From Takakia lepidozioides (Eukaryota > Plantae > Bryophyta), in contig CM060731.1 in NCBI GenBank assembly GCA_030704615.1, positions 29,574,001 to 29,638,000 on the forward strand: DNA of 64,000 bases, in the 5' to 3' direction. The notes beneath the pieces were generated by a model. It had not been told where the DNA came from and ran no database searches. It was given only the letters and a program-made list of their open reading frames with translations. The position numbers were made by a program, and so were the translations under genes. Within the stretch, counting starts at the first letter, position 1, and each line of letters starts with the position of its first letter. Shown here in pieces: positions 26,350 to 37,853 of the stretch.

Positions 26350-27406
26350 TCAATTTCACCTTGTTTTCCCCTCTTATCAGAATCGCCCCTAATTATTCAT
26401 GTCTGAATTCTACAAGTTAGCTGGTTGAGTGAAGCTTTGATAGTTTGGAGTGACTTTGACATGATTCTGCCAATGTGACAACATGAAAGTATCAGAAATA
26501 GGTAACACAGACGAGAGAAGTTGTGGAATGAATACTTTTCTGACCCCAGTCAATGGTGGGACAATCGAGGCAAGAAGGTGAATGTTTGTTGGATTATAGA
26601 GAGTAACAGATGCAATTGAGCGTAGGAACTAGTGTGATAAGTTGAGTTGGGTGCTTCCTAGAACAAGTCTAGGATGTCATCGTCAACTGCTAGCAACTTT
26701 CAAGGTTGTATGCATGATTCGTGCGAGGCATGGATAGCTGAAGGAGCAGGGATAGAGTGTGGGTGCAGATTCACCCAAGAGGGCCGGACTTCAAGCTCCA
26801 GATTAACTATGAAGCTACAAGAAACCTGCATGGGTAGATGGTCAACTGGCAGCAACGACACAATTGATAAAATCAGACATTGTTAATCAAGGCATCTTCT
26901 TCAGCACATTTCACCCTGTTTTTCCCTCTTATCAGAATCGGCCCAAAATTTCCATGTTGAATTCTGCAAGTTAGCTGGTTGAGTGAATCTAGTTTGGAGT
27001 GACTTTGACATGATACTGCTATGTGACAACATGAAAGTATCAAAAAACAAGTAACAGACATGAGGAGAAGCTGTGGAATGAATACTTTTCTGCCCCCAGT
27101 CAATGATGGGACAACCGAGGCAAAAAAATGAATGCCTGCTACATTTCAGAGAGTAGCAGACACAATTGAGCATATGAACTAGTGTGATAAGCTGAGTTGG
27201 GTGTTTCCTAGCTGAACAAATCTAGGCTGTCATTGTTAGCTTCTAGCAGCAAGGCAAAGATGAATGCATGATTTGTGCAGGGGCATGGATAGCTGAAGGA
27301 GCAGGGATAGAGTGTGGGTCCAGATTCATCCTCAAATTTCAAGCACAAGATTACCTATGATTCCCTGTGGATCAATAACTACAAGAAACCTCCATGGGTA
27401 GATGGT
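26350..27406. repeat. Diverged ~555-bp tandem duplication, with a third partial copy at ~25420-25540
   Basis: ATTTCACC.TGTTTT.CCCTCTTATCAGAATCG at 26353 and 26908; shared ends CATGGGTAGATGGT. Confidence 0.85.
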
Positions 27407-30099
27407 ATATTCCGTGGAACTCACTGAAGTCTTGCATTATGAGGATCAGAACTGCTTGGCAGCTTATTTGCACGAGGCCTTGACCCTTAGGCGATCCCCA
27501 GAGCAGTAGTAGCTTTTGGGCTGCTTTTTTACTTTGTTTCTTTCATTTTGTCCCATAAACTCTTTGAGCTTTCCGTAGATGTAATAAAGTACCATTTTGT
27601 TTCATTTCATTCATTTTCATTTCATTTTGTTTCATGGCATGTCTTTCATCGTTTGTGCATTTCTAATGCATGATTAGTTCTCTTGTATGGCATTACATGT
27701 GTATGTACTAGTCGACCCACCACAAACACCAAAACTTAAAAGCATGAATCACTATGAATGATTGTTCAAGTAATTTTGAGCACTTCATTTAAAGTAGTAA
27801 AGTAGTGGTTGCGCCAACTTCCGCAGTCGCAATTGCCACTGGGCATGTAGCACTGCAAGTTATGTGGTCTACTACCACGTGGCACCCCGGGCCCCTGCCA
27901 CATGGCAGCAGTGCTGCTCGTCGTGGCGCCGCCACGTCGGCGTCCACATTGTCGTCCACGTCCGTGTCCATGTGTCACCGCGCTCCGGTGAGTCGGTCCT
28001 CTCATCTGGAGGGAAAAGTCAAAGTCAGCCCAAAAGGTCAGACACACGGGCGACCCACTTGGTTGCGCCACGTGGTTCTTCAACATTAATCGCATTAATC
28101 GATGAGCAGTTGTTCGCGCGTCTGTGTCCTTTACCACTCCAATCATTGGATGTCCAACCCAACTACCACGTCTGTTGTAACTAGTCGTTTGTAACTTCCA
28201 GTCGATCCCAATTTTTTGACTTTTACGACTCAAAATGAGTCGTTACCCCAGTGGTAAATGACACGAATGCTTCTAGTGTAAAGTCCATAATATTTAAGTC
28301 AAGAAATGAGTTAGGAAAATTGGTTCCAAAATCAGTTAGGAAAATTTGGCAGTTTTCTTTATTTTGTAGTAAGGCAGGAATCTTGTTTACCCTAGGTTTG
28401 TTTGCAAATGAGTGTGGTCTTGCAGGTATCGAATGAAAGTAAGCCAACATATAGTGACATTAGTGCATATAGATCATATAGTGCATGCTATGTCTTGTAC
28501 TTCAAATGTTGCTAAATGATTATGGCCTTGTATGTATCCAGCAATGGTAATTAGCCCCATATTATTTCAAGTCAGTTGCAAGTGGAGGATCCAAACATAC
28601 GTATGTATGTGTAGGATATGGGCATGTTGCACCAATAGTTTTGTTGTATGTCATGTTAGCTTTGCTTGTTTTGGAGATATATAGAAAGCTTACATTAGGG
28701 AGTCATATATGGTCATAGTCCCCTTGCCAAGGGGGGGGTGCACTCAAAGGGGGGCGCGGGGGCTGCCCCCTCATTGGGTTCATGCAAGGGCTGCCAATGG
28801 GGCAGACTCAGTTGGGTTCAAATCCCACTCTTGCAACCTTTAGGATTCAGTGTGGCTGTAGGTTCAGTGTAGTAGTAGGCCAGTCCATTGTTGTAGGACG
28901 TACATACAAACAAAAGTGACCCACTAGCTTTCCTACATGCTTGTGTGATGCTCTAAAGTGGCTAGGACAATTCTTGCTTTTGAATGCACGGCCAACAACC
29001 CTTCTCTATCCTGAAAATCATGGTGGGCTTCAATGTGGGCACTCATTGTATGTATTGGAGGTATTGGAGTGAACCTGTTGCATTGTTCACACATACCCCC
29101 ATTGCTTTGACCATTTCTCCTATTTGAGATTCCATCCAAATCCAATGATATATAGCTCGTTGGAGCGGTTGTCTAGGGAGGATGAAATACTCATCTCAGC
29201 CCATTTGGATATCATCCCGACATTGAAAAACTAAGAAAACATCGTTGGCAGTAAAAAAGACCAAAAAAAAAATGTCAATTTGCCTAAATTTGCAATGGTG
29301 GCATTTCGCCAGGTCCACGCCGATTGGTCTGAAATTTTGCCAGTAACCCTGCCATGTAGGTATGCACAAGATCTCCCGTCAGAATTGCAAATTTGGTTTT
29401 TCCCAAAAAGTTATGGCTGGATTTCTACGCATGGGTCAGTTTTTGGGAAAAAGTCAACAATCACCGGTGGACGTTTAAGGGTTAATGTCCAACATGGCCA
29501 AATGTGTGATGCAAATATTCTTCTCATCCATCATATTGTATTTGAAGAGAAAATATCTCTTGATTAATGAAAGAAAAGATTGTCGAGTAGGGCATGTTGG
29601 ATTGAATAATACAGAGCAGGTTCTTCCTTCTTGAGCAATATTGGCCACTTCCCTTGAAATGAGTGTAGGTGGTGTTGCATGACATTAGTCACAGCCATTA
29701 TGATTCCATTTGTTCACCTTGCCTTCAGCTTGCTTCCAGGCTATGACATGCATACTATAACTATTAGACTTCCCAAGTACTTCAGCTTACATCACTAAAA
29801 CTTGCAAAGAAAGAAACTAACAGAGGTCTATCCATTCAATCTCCATTGCATCATTCAAACACATTTCCAAGCAAGGTATGATCAACTGGGCATCTTTACT
29901 TCTCCTTCACAATTCTGCTTCTCTCCATCTCTTTCTCCCAAAAATCGTGAACCAAGAGAGCCCTTTCCTTCGTGCTTCTCCTCTAAATATCCCTTCAGCA
30001 ACTTTTCCAACCCCGGGAAGTATGCTGACCTCTCTCACTCCTATACTGATGCCATATGACTAATTACTTCCACATTTTATGACAAGCTGCAAGTAGGCC

Positions 30100-30851
30100 C
30101 ACAACAACAGATTGCGGCTTTTATGACTGGCATTTATGACTGTTAGGTAGTCAGGATCTTCCATTTTGTGACTGCAGTTCGTGTTGACGTAAAAACCATG
30201 TCATCTCGGACATCAGTCATAACCGCCGCGCTAGTCATATATGCCAGTCGAGTATATATTTGCTTACATGGCACGTACGTATGATACGTATATCTGCGCC
30301 GTGCCACGTGGGGAGGCGCAATTCAAAATCATGCTAGATGTCGTCCCGCGTTGTGCCACGTGACATGGTCTACTTTAATACTTAAAAATAATAATTAGCT
30401 GCCACATGGCATAATTTAGGGCTGCTACCGCGTTCTACCGCTATGACCCTCATATCCATCTCATTGTACTTGGAAAAAGTTGAATGCAAGACCTCTTTAT
30501 TATAAGACTTATAGTTCACTACGTGATAACCAATGCACCCAACGTTGCTTGATGATTTCTAATGGTGTTTTAGTTGTAATATAACAATATATTATACACT
30601 TCAAATGACAATTTTTTGACTTCGCAGTGGTCTATATATCTTGGTACATACGGTCAAACATATTTCTTCCCGCGGTCAGCCATGTTTGACTGCATTTCCA
30701 TAAATTGCGGAGTCATATAGTCATATATATGACTTCATGCAGTGAGAAGTTCGCAGATCGCGGTTTTTATGACTTTGTGCCGTGTTTTGAGTCAGATCTG
30801 CCTATGACTACCAAAAATACGCAGTCATAAAAGCTGCGATTTCTTGTAGTG
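30100..30851. mobile_element. Non-autonomous CACTA element (~750 bp)
   Basis: TIRs CACAACAACAGATTGCGGCTTTTATGACTG and CAGTCATAAAAGCTGCGATTTCTTGTAGTG; internal ATGACT/AGTCAT subterminal repeats. TSD unclear (AGG, offset by 2 nt on the left). Confidence 0.85.
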
Positions 30852-31113
30852 AGGTATTCCTACCCCTCTCACTTGCATCGATACGACAAATGCCTTATTC
30901 TAGTTCCTGCTCACTACCTAATCTGCCAGCTAACTTGCGCTAACACATGGATGAACTGTGACAGAGAATGTTACTGGTCGCCCATTCATCCATCCACTTC
31001 ATGTACTTATCAATGAATGAATTCATTACTTCATCCACCCATCGATCATCCATGTTTTAATGAATTGTTTCTTACGCACTCCACACTCCATCCATTATCC
31101 ATCTGCTTCGTCT

Positions 31114-31188
31114 CCGTCACCCGACAAGTATCCCGACCCCGTCACTCGACAAGTATCCCGACCCCGTCACTCGACAAGTATTCTGACC
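31114..31188. repeat. 25-bp tandem repeat x3
   Basis: CCGTCACTCGACAAGTATCCCGACC units. Confidence 0.9.
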
Positions 31189-31651
31189 GAATCCATGTCC
31201 GAAGAGCGAACATACTTGTCCCGCATTTTTGCCATATAGCTGTAGAGATCTCCCTCTTTTTGCTACCCGCGTCCTCGTGTGGGTATCTCATTCACTTCAC
31301 TAGTCCTGCGCACATGACCAAAAAACGGGGCTGATCCGCCCTTGACACCGCTTCCCCACGCTGATAGCGAATATTCGCCCAGCGCGATCGCTCAGCCACA
31401 AAGCTGATCCGGCCGGATAAAAGTAGATGAAAGAAAACAACCTTTTAGATGAAAAATAAAAGTGTTAAAACAAATGTTAGCTCCATCTTTGCCGTGTACA
31501 CATCATACTAAGCAGTCTGGAAGTGCATGAAGATAAATAAGCTTCCCTACCTTAAGCATGGAGAGGGAATCTTTTGGAAGGTCCTGAGAGTGATTGTTCA
31601 ATACAATGCAGTCAGTTGCCGATGATTGCGATGTGAGAAGACCACTTCAGG

Positions 31652-32400
31652 TTGAAAAGAGGAGAGTTGCACGAGGTGACAAACGATACAACACTATTGT
31701 TGCTGGATCTTTGGGAGGAAAAATACCGGGACTATGGGCCTGGACCTCTGCGAGCAAAAGACTGGACATACGTTGCTGAAAGACTGAATGCAGGGTTTCC
31801 CAATGCGCTCCATCGTTCTTGGAAGCAATGTCGCGACAAGGTCGACAAGCTTAAGGATGCGTATTGAGAAGAAAATGGAAAATGTGATGCAACATGTGCT
31901 CCTCCTTCTGAGTGGCCGTGGTACGAAAAATTTGATGGCATTCTCAAGGGCACAGCAAAGGTCAATGGGATCCTTGGAGGTATTGACCATGGAGTGCGCA
32001 ACAATCCTCCACCATTGATGATGATGATACACAGTTTGATACGCAGTCCAGCCCTATACGATAGGCTCTTGTTTTTTATGGAGGTGCTGCTTTTGTCACA
32101 ACACCAGATGTCAAGGCAGACACCACACTTGGCAACCCTTCCGCTGCACCTAACACTCATAGGACGGCACTTTGCAAATTCCCAGGTGTGCAAGGACGTC
32201 CAAATTCAAAGAAATGACGTTTGTCTGGGGGATCTACTGCCACTGCAAGTGCTTCGAGGAGGGGATCAAAGAGATGGAGACCCTACAGATGGCTATGACC
32301 GAGAGAATCACCTCACAAACTCTTCAAAGCGAGTGAAAAGTCGCGAGTTGGCAATGCAAACCCAGCTTCAGAGGGCCGTTTTGTTTACAGATGTGTTAAA
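31652..32400 (+). pseudogene. Trihelix/Myb-SANT DNA-binding protein pseudogene, probably the accessory gene of a PIF/Harbinger element
   Basis: TLLLLDLWEEKY..LRAKDWTYVAERLN..RSWKQCRDKVDKLKDAY*..SEWPWYEKFDGILKGT; in-frame stop at 31865. Confidence 0.75.
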
Positions 32401-32479
32401 GCCAAACAATGGCTCAGACGCATCGTCCGTGGGTGGTAGCACTTGATTTGCTTAGTTCATTGTCGTTCATGAGTGTGTT

Positions 32480-33430
32480 TAGTGACAATGAGCACAAACA
32501 TGAAGTTAGCACCAGAAATAAATAGATTGAACTTGAAACACTTTGTGGTTCTCCATACTGTGACCTGCAATAATATGTTGGGTTGTAGAATGATGAGAAT
32601 TTATGCTACATGGATGTGTGATGACTTGTTGGAAATGTAGTTGGATACTGTGAGTTGGGGGATGTTGTTTCATGCCGATTGAGTGAGTACACATGTAGTT
32701 ATACCCAAATAATAGAGATAGAGCTTCAAGTACTTTGTATTTCTTCAAAATATGACATTCTTTGACATTTGGGGTTGTAGCATGTAGAGTATTAAGGCTA
32801 AAAGAATGTATGATGGCTTATTGGAGAGCTAGCTAAATTCCCTATCTGCGGGATGTTGTTTCATGCCAATTGAGTGAGAACACAAGTAGTTATGCCCAAA
32901 AAACAGAGGTGGAGCTTCAAGTACTCTGTTTTTCTTCACAATTTGACCTCCATTGACGGTTGTAGCATGTAGAGAATTTAGGCTACAAGGATGTGTGATG
33001 GCTTGTTGTAAAGCTACCTAAATTCCCCAGTTGTGTGATGTTTTTTCATGCCAATTGAGTGAGTACACAAGTAGATATGCTCAAAAAACAGAGGTGCCGC
33101 TTCAAGTTCTATGGTTTTCATTGAAAATATGACCTACATTGACATTTGCGCTTGTAGAATGTTGAGGTTTTATGGGATAAGTGTGTGCGATATCTTGTTG
33201 GAAAGCTGGTTGGATTCTCCAGGTGTGGGATGTGTTTCACATAAATCAAGTAAGACCACAAGAAGTTATCCCCATAAAACTGAGGCCCATCTTGAAATAC
33301 TTTATTTTTCTTCATGTTGTGACCTGTCTTCCCCTTTGGGCTTGTAAAATGTTGGGATTTCATGCATAATGGGTTTGTGATATCATTTTGGAAACCTGAT
33401 AGGATTCTCCACCTTTGGGATTTTGTGCTA
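32480..33430. repeat. Degenerate ~190-bp tandem repeat, about 5 units
   Basis: GGATGTTGTTTCATGCCAATTGAGTGAG-like anchors at 32660, 32851, 33037 and 33228. Confidence 0.8.
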
Positions 33431-33559
33431 AATTTATGCTACCCTCACGTGGTATTTTCACTACTAGGAGTATTGGCCTATGTGCCGTCGAGAGGGGAGA
33501 CGTCCCGAGGAGAGAGACGACCGGTTTGGCTACGGTGAATTCTTGCCCGGGTTCACCTA

Positions 33560-34600
33560 GCAGATGAGTCGTGGGATTTCATCCGCCCATGTGAATGGTC
33601 ACGGCGGATATCTGAACCAACATCCGCTGGGTCCCACAGGGCTGATCCGCTGGCTGCCCTCTCATGTGCCTAGTACTACTGTCAGGAGGACCTTCTGCTC
33701 CCTTCTTAGTCGTGTCCACCATTTGTTTGCCGAATCCTGCAAATGCAGATCTTGCCAACTGCTTCTGTCTGTCAATGTACAGCTTGGGACTCCACAACTA
33801 TACAGGCACTGCTCTTCCATGCAGAATTGCGCAGCCCTCTTCATCGCGTGTTCTGCCCTCGTGTAACCAGCCTCTTCACTGGTCAGGAAGTTGTGCTGCT
33901 CCTCCGAATGCACCTTCCATTTATGCTTCTCAGATCTTGTGTGCACCATGTCCAACTGCACCGTGTTGACTCGAGGTAGATCTTCTTGCACATTCTCCGC
34001 ATGCTGCTTTACCTGGCCAGCAACTATCCATTGGCATATCTTGCAATATTCCTCCTGATCATGATGTTCCTCCTTGTTGCATATGTCAGTATCAGTGCTT
34101 AGTGCTTTCTTCTCTCCCAGGTGAATTCGACTTAGTTGCCATCAGCAGCAAGGTTCGTTTCTGCTCCTCCGGCGTCACATATGAGTTTTGCCACCTGCTT
34201 GTCTTGTTTTCATTCAGGCTGACTTCACAGCCTTCTCTGACACTGATTTCTTCCTCTTCCTGCCTTTCAGTTTGATCATTCCTCTTGGCAGCCCTGGTTC
34301 GCACCATTCCTATAAATGGCAAATCACTTCTTGCCTGTGCAATTTGCATCTTCTTGATTTTCTGCAGTACATCCCCTGTTTGAGCAGCCGCCCCTTCTAC
34401 AAGATAAGTTTATCCTGTTCTCTTGCCCTTGGCTCTTCTATGCATTTCCAAGTTTTGGTACAGGTCATGAATGACCTCCTTTTTGCTTCTTGTTGCATAG
34501 TTACTTCCCTATGTTCTTTCTTCGCTTCTTGATAATGTTCTCTTCACACTTTTCTTTTTGTCAATGCTCAACTTCTCAACATTAAGTAAACACCTTGGGT
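33560..34600 (-). pseudogene. Possible remnant of a second Gypsy gag/protease linker
   Basis: MVRTRAAKR and MVHTRS plus G*LLA resemble IVTRSK and IGQLLA of the Gypsy at 13.6-14.0 kb. Confidence 0.3.
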
Positions 34601-35639
34601 ATACCTATGGCCTAGCTCCAGAAAGGGGTAGTGCCTAGCGTGAAGCGAAGCCTCCAGAACATGTAGGAAAAATCACGCGGGTAGACCTCCATGCGAGTGT
34701 GGTTTTTAGAACCTTTCATAGAGGCTGGCGAGCAGCAAGCTGAGGTACGGTCGTACTGCATGGTTCTAGACATTCCAGAGTATCTCGCACAATAAACCTC
34801 AAGATCGCATGAAATATACAAAGAGGGCGTGGTAGTGAAGGCTTTACTCATAGAGGTAGCCGTTGTACTATCGCAGAAGAGTGGGAGCTCACGGGACGAC
34901 CCGAACTTGTCCTTAGCAGTGCCGCTTGGCGGGGTGAGCCAAAGTAGGTGATGAGTAGTTGCTCGAAAGCGCATTGCAGCATGGATCCGGTCCTGATACA
35001 GAGGGGGTGGATGGAAGAACTCCACCCGCGGAGCGGGTCCTTGTTGTATGGAGAGAGCTGCAGAGCCAAGCCATGGCGGCGGAGGTGAGTGCAGCTGAAG
35101 AGGTAGTCGAGGTAGGAATAGCGGAGCCGACAGATGAGGAGGAGGAATAACACCAAGTAGCTAAAAAGATAGCGGAACCCTAGAGAATAGAACATGGTCA
35201 CTAACTTTAGCGGCGAGAACGGTAGGAGGGCGGAGCTCCGCCCTCGCGAACTTTCTTGCATTCATGACTATCCCCGGCTGGGACATCCTTTTTAATTCCT
35301 GGACCATCCTCTAATGAATAGGGGCCCGGCAAACTTGACAGGCATCATTCCTATATGCTTACTTTATCCCAAAACTTGCATTCGAGGAAAGGAAAATCCC
35401 AACTCTTTGCGCAACTATTGAGCATCTCGCTATAAATCCTTCTGATGACTGCGCCCTCACAGCCAAAGAAGGATCAGTAAGTATCTCTTCCTCTCATTAT
35501 TCACATAAATTGTCCCTTAGTTGGGTGTAACTTTATTGATATTAATTGAACCATTTTTGGGATGTTGGACGGTTACTGGAAGCAAGAGAAAAAGACCTCA
35601 CTTTTCTTGAAGGGGATTTCAGGAGTGTTTTTCGGCTTG

Positions 35640-37330
35640 TTTGAGATTGGCAGCTCAAGTAGCTACTGAGAACACTGGGAGTCACACCAGCGATAGAGAC
35701 CTGCGTCAGTGGACACTGGCAGTACCCTTGAAATCATGGGACATGCTTGTTTTGTTTCTCACTCAGGTAAGCACATATGTCTTAACTGTGGTATGAATAA
35801 TTTTGTTTTGGCAACTCGTTCTGGCTTGTCAACGGGATTGATTTTGTGTTGGATTTGCATTGGGCTTGTGACACTGTCTCCTGTTTTTTGCTGTAGGTCA
35901 CAAAAAGGCCAGATTGGGTGAATGGAGTTCAGCAGGCATATGCGACTGATCTTGTGGTGCTGGGCATTCCTGACGGTTTTCCTGTCCCTGATGTGTTGCC
36001 TTCCAATTCAACCCCCACTTGGAACAAATCGGATTCTCGTTACTGGCAGTGGGTTTTCTCATTCAGCAACAAATTCCTTTCTGACTCGGGGGCTCTTCTT
36101 CTCATATATGCAGTCAAAGGACATGTCGACACGGAGAACTTTTTTCAGCTACATGAAAGCTTCCGGGTTTCGTGTCATCAAAACTTGGACATGCATCAAC
36201 ACTCTGCCTCTTACAAAGGGCGAGTTCCCGGGGCAGAAAGTGAGGTGGTTCGTTTGAATTAAAGTTTCGTGGTTCTTTAGTAAATGTCAAAAGTAGGTTA
36301 TGTCTTTTGCCTCATGCTCTCTTCATGATTATTGATATAAACGCTGGTACCTACCAAGGTCGGCCACCCGACCACACCGTGCCACCCTGGCTATCAGGTG
36401 TTCGAAGCTTTGTGCCTGGTGAGCGTGCGGAAGGACACTCTTCCTCCTGGTATTGCTGAGTTCCAGTTGAGGGACCTTGCAGATCACATTGACCCCACCT
36501 GTGAGCCTGTGGAGGATGATGTAATCTTCAATTACGTGGACTCGGGTCGAACTACGAAAAGGTCGACTGGTGTCCCTTGGAGAGGTGCTTGGGAGAAATC
36601 CCCAACTTTCATACAGACTTTGGTGGAGACATGCAGCCGTCACGGTGGACGAGTGGTTGACTTGTCTATTGGCACAGGTGGGCCCTAAACACTGTATTTG
36701 AAATATGGGCAGTGAGCTTAGGGAAGCCCTGTTTTAATTTCTCGTTCGTCTTGGATTTGTAGGAGCATCTTTTCATGCGTGCAAAAGCGCCCACTGCTTC
36801 GGCATGGAGGCTGATACGAAGCTCTTCTCAAGCGAGCTTCATCAGCTTGAGTCGGGCACTACTTCTGCCCCATCCACGGAGGGACTTCTGGAGGAGCCCG
36901 AAGCGCCTGACGATGATCTCGACGTGGACTCCGATTTTGAGTGTGAGTAAGTTCAGCTCTTGTCGTGCAAAATATGTTGCATTTCCTTGCGTCATTCCCG
37001 TTCGACAGATGGTTGCTTACATTGTCTATTTCTGGATGATAACATCTACCACCATTCCTCTTCTTGCTTTCCAGAGTTCGGCACCAGTCATCGAATCAGC
37101 AGACATCTTTCGGTTTCCAAGGATACTACATGCCCCCGAGTCCCCCTAGAGCTTACCGCTTGCCGGTTTACACGGAAGCTTGCGCACGGGTGTTGTCCCA
37201 ACAAACAATGTATTCGCCTCTCCATGGGGGTCGCGGAAAAAAAAAACGTCGCGGATGGGCTGCTGTGTTCATAGATGATATTGCTACAGACTCTGGAAGT
37301 GGTTCCTCTGAAACCTCAAGTACTTCTTGA
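35640..37330 (+). pseudogene. Copy A: 3' exons of the ParB-MTase gene (beta-class DNA amino-methyltransferase domain)
   Basis: LVVLGIPDG..WVFSFSNKFLSDSGALLL..GVPWRGAWEKSPTFIQTLVETCSRHGGRVVDLSIGT|GASFHAC..FGMEAD; GT-AG introns at the same positions as in copies B and C. Confidence 0.8.
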
Positions 37331-37669
37331 GGTTCAAGTACCGATACTTAATAAAATGTGTTTTGGTTTTGCTTCCATCCCCAAACTGTTTTTCAAGTTC
37401 TTCGCGCGTTCCCATAAGTACAGTTAGGGATTGCCTAGGGTAGGTCTTCAGATTCCGGCATTGAAAAATGTTTGTGGGTTGGAATGAATGAACTACTTTG
37501 CAAAAAAAGGGTTTGCTGTTAATATTCAATTCTCTATCGGGCGATCTCTTCATTCCAAAATCATGTCCTCAATCCTAAACCATCCACAAACCTACCATTG
37601 TTTTCGGCCGGAAAGAATATTCATGTGGGGGCGATGAAGATGGATCAAAAAATAAGGACATAGCGACAA

Positions 37670-37784
37670 CCGATCCGCGGTAATAGGGGGGGGGGGGGGG
37701 GGGGGAACACGGAATTAGGGCCTGCACACGTGGATGCTTGCTGACGTGGCGTGAGCCTAGCCAGGCTCACGCGCAAGCATTCCC
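37670..37784. mobile_element. Terminus (putative TIR) of MULE copy A
   Basis: CCGCGGTAATAGG..GCTGACGTGGCGTGAGCC..CCAGGCTCACGCGCAAGCATTCCC; related cassettes end at ~42969, 43508, ~48036 and 60270. Confidence 0.65.
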
Positions 37785-37853
37785 GTACAGTGTTCGGCAC
37801 CGCACATTGTTTCTGACCCCTCTCTTATATCCATTTGAATGTGCATCCTTGCA

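Noticed and set aside
33459-33480. CACTACTAGG (and CACTACAAC at 50791) as CACTA starts
   Set aside because: No matching TIR partner or subterminal repeats.
37685-37705. Poly-G run (and poly-C at ~59063-59078) as a functional G-quadruplex
   Set aside because: Absent from the homologous termini and introns; likely slippage or a homopolymer artefact.
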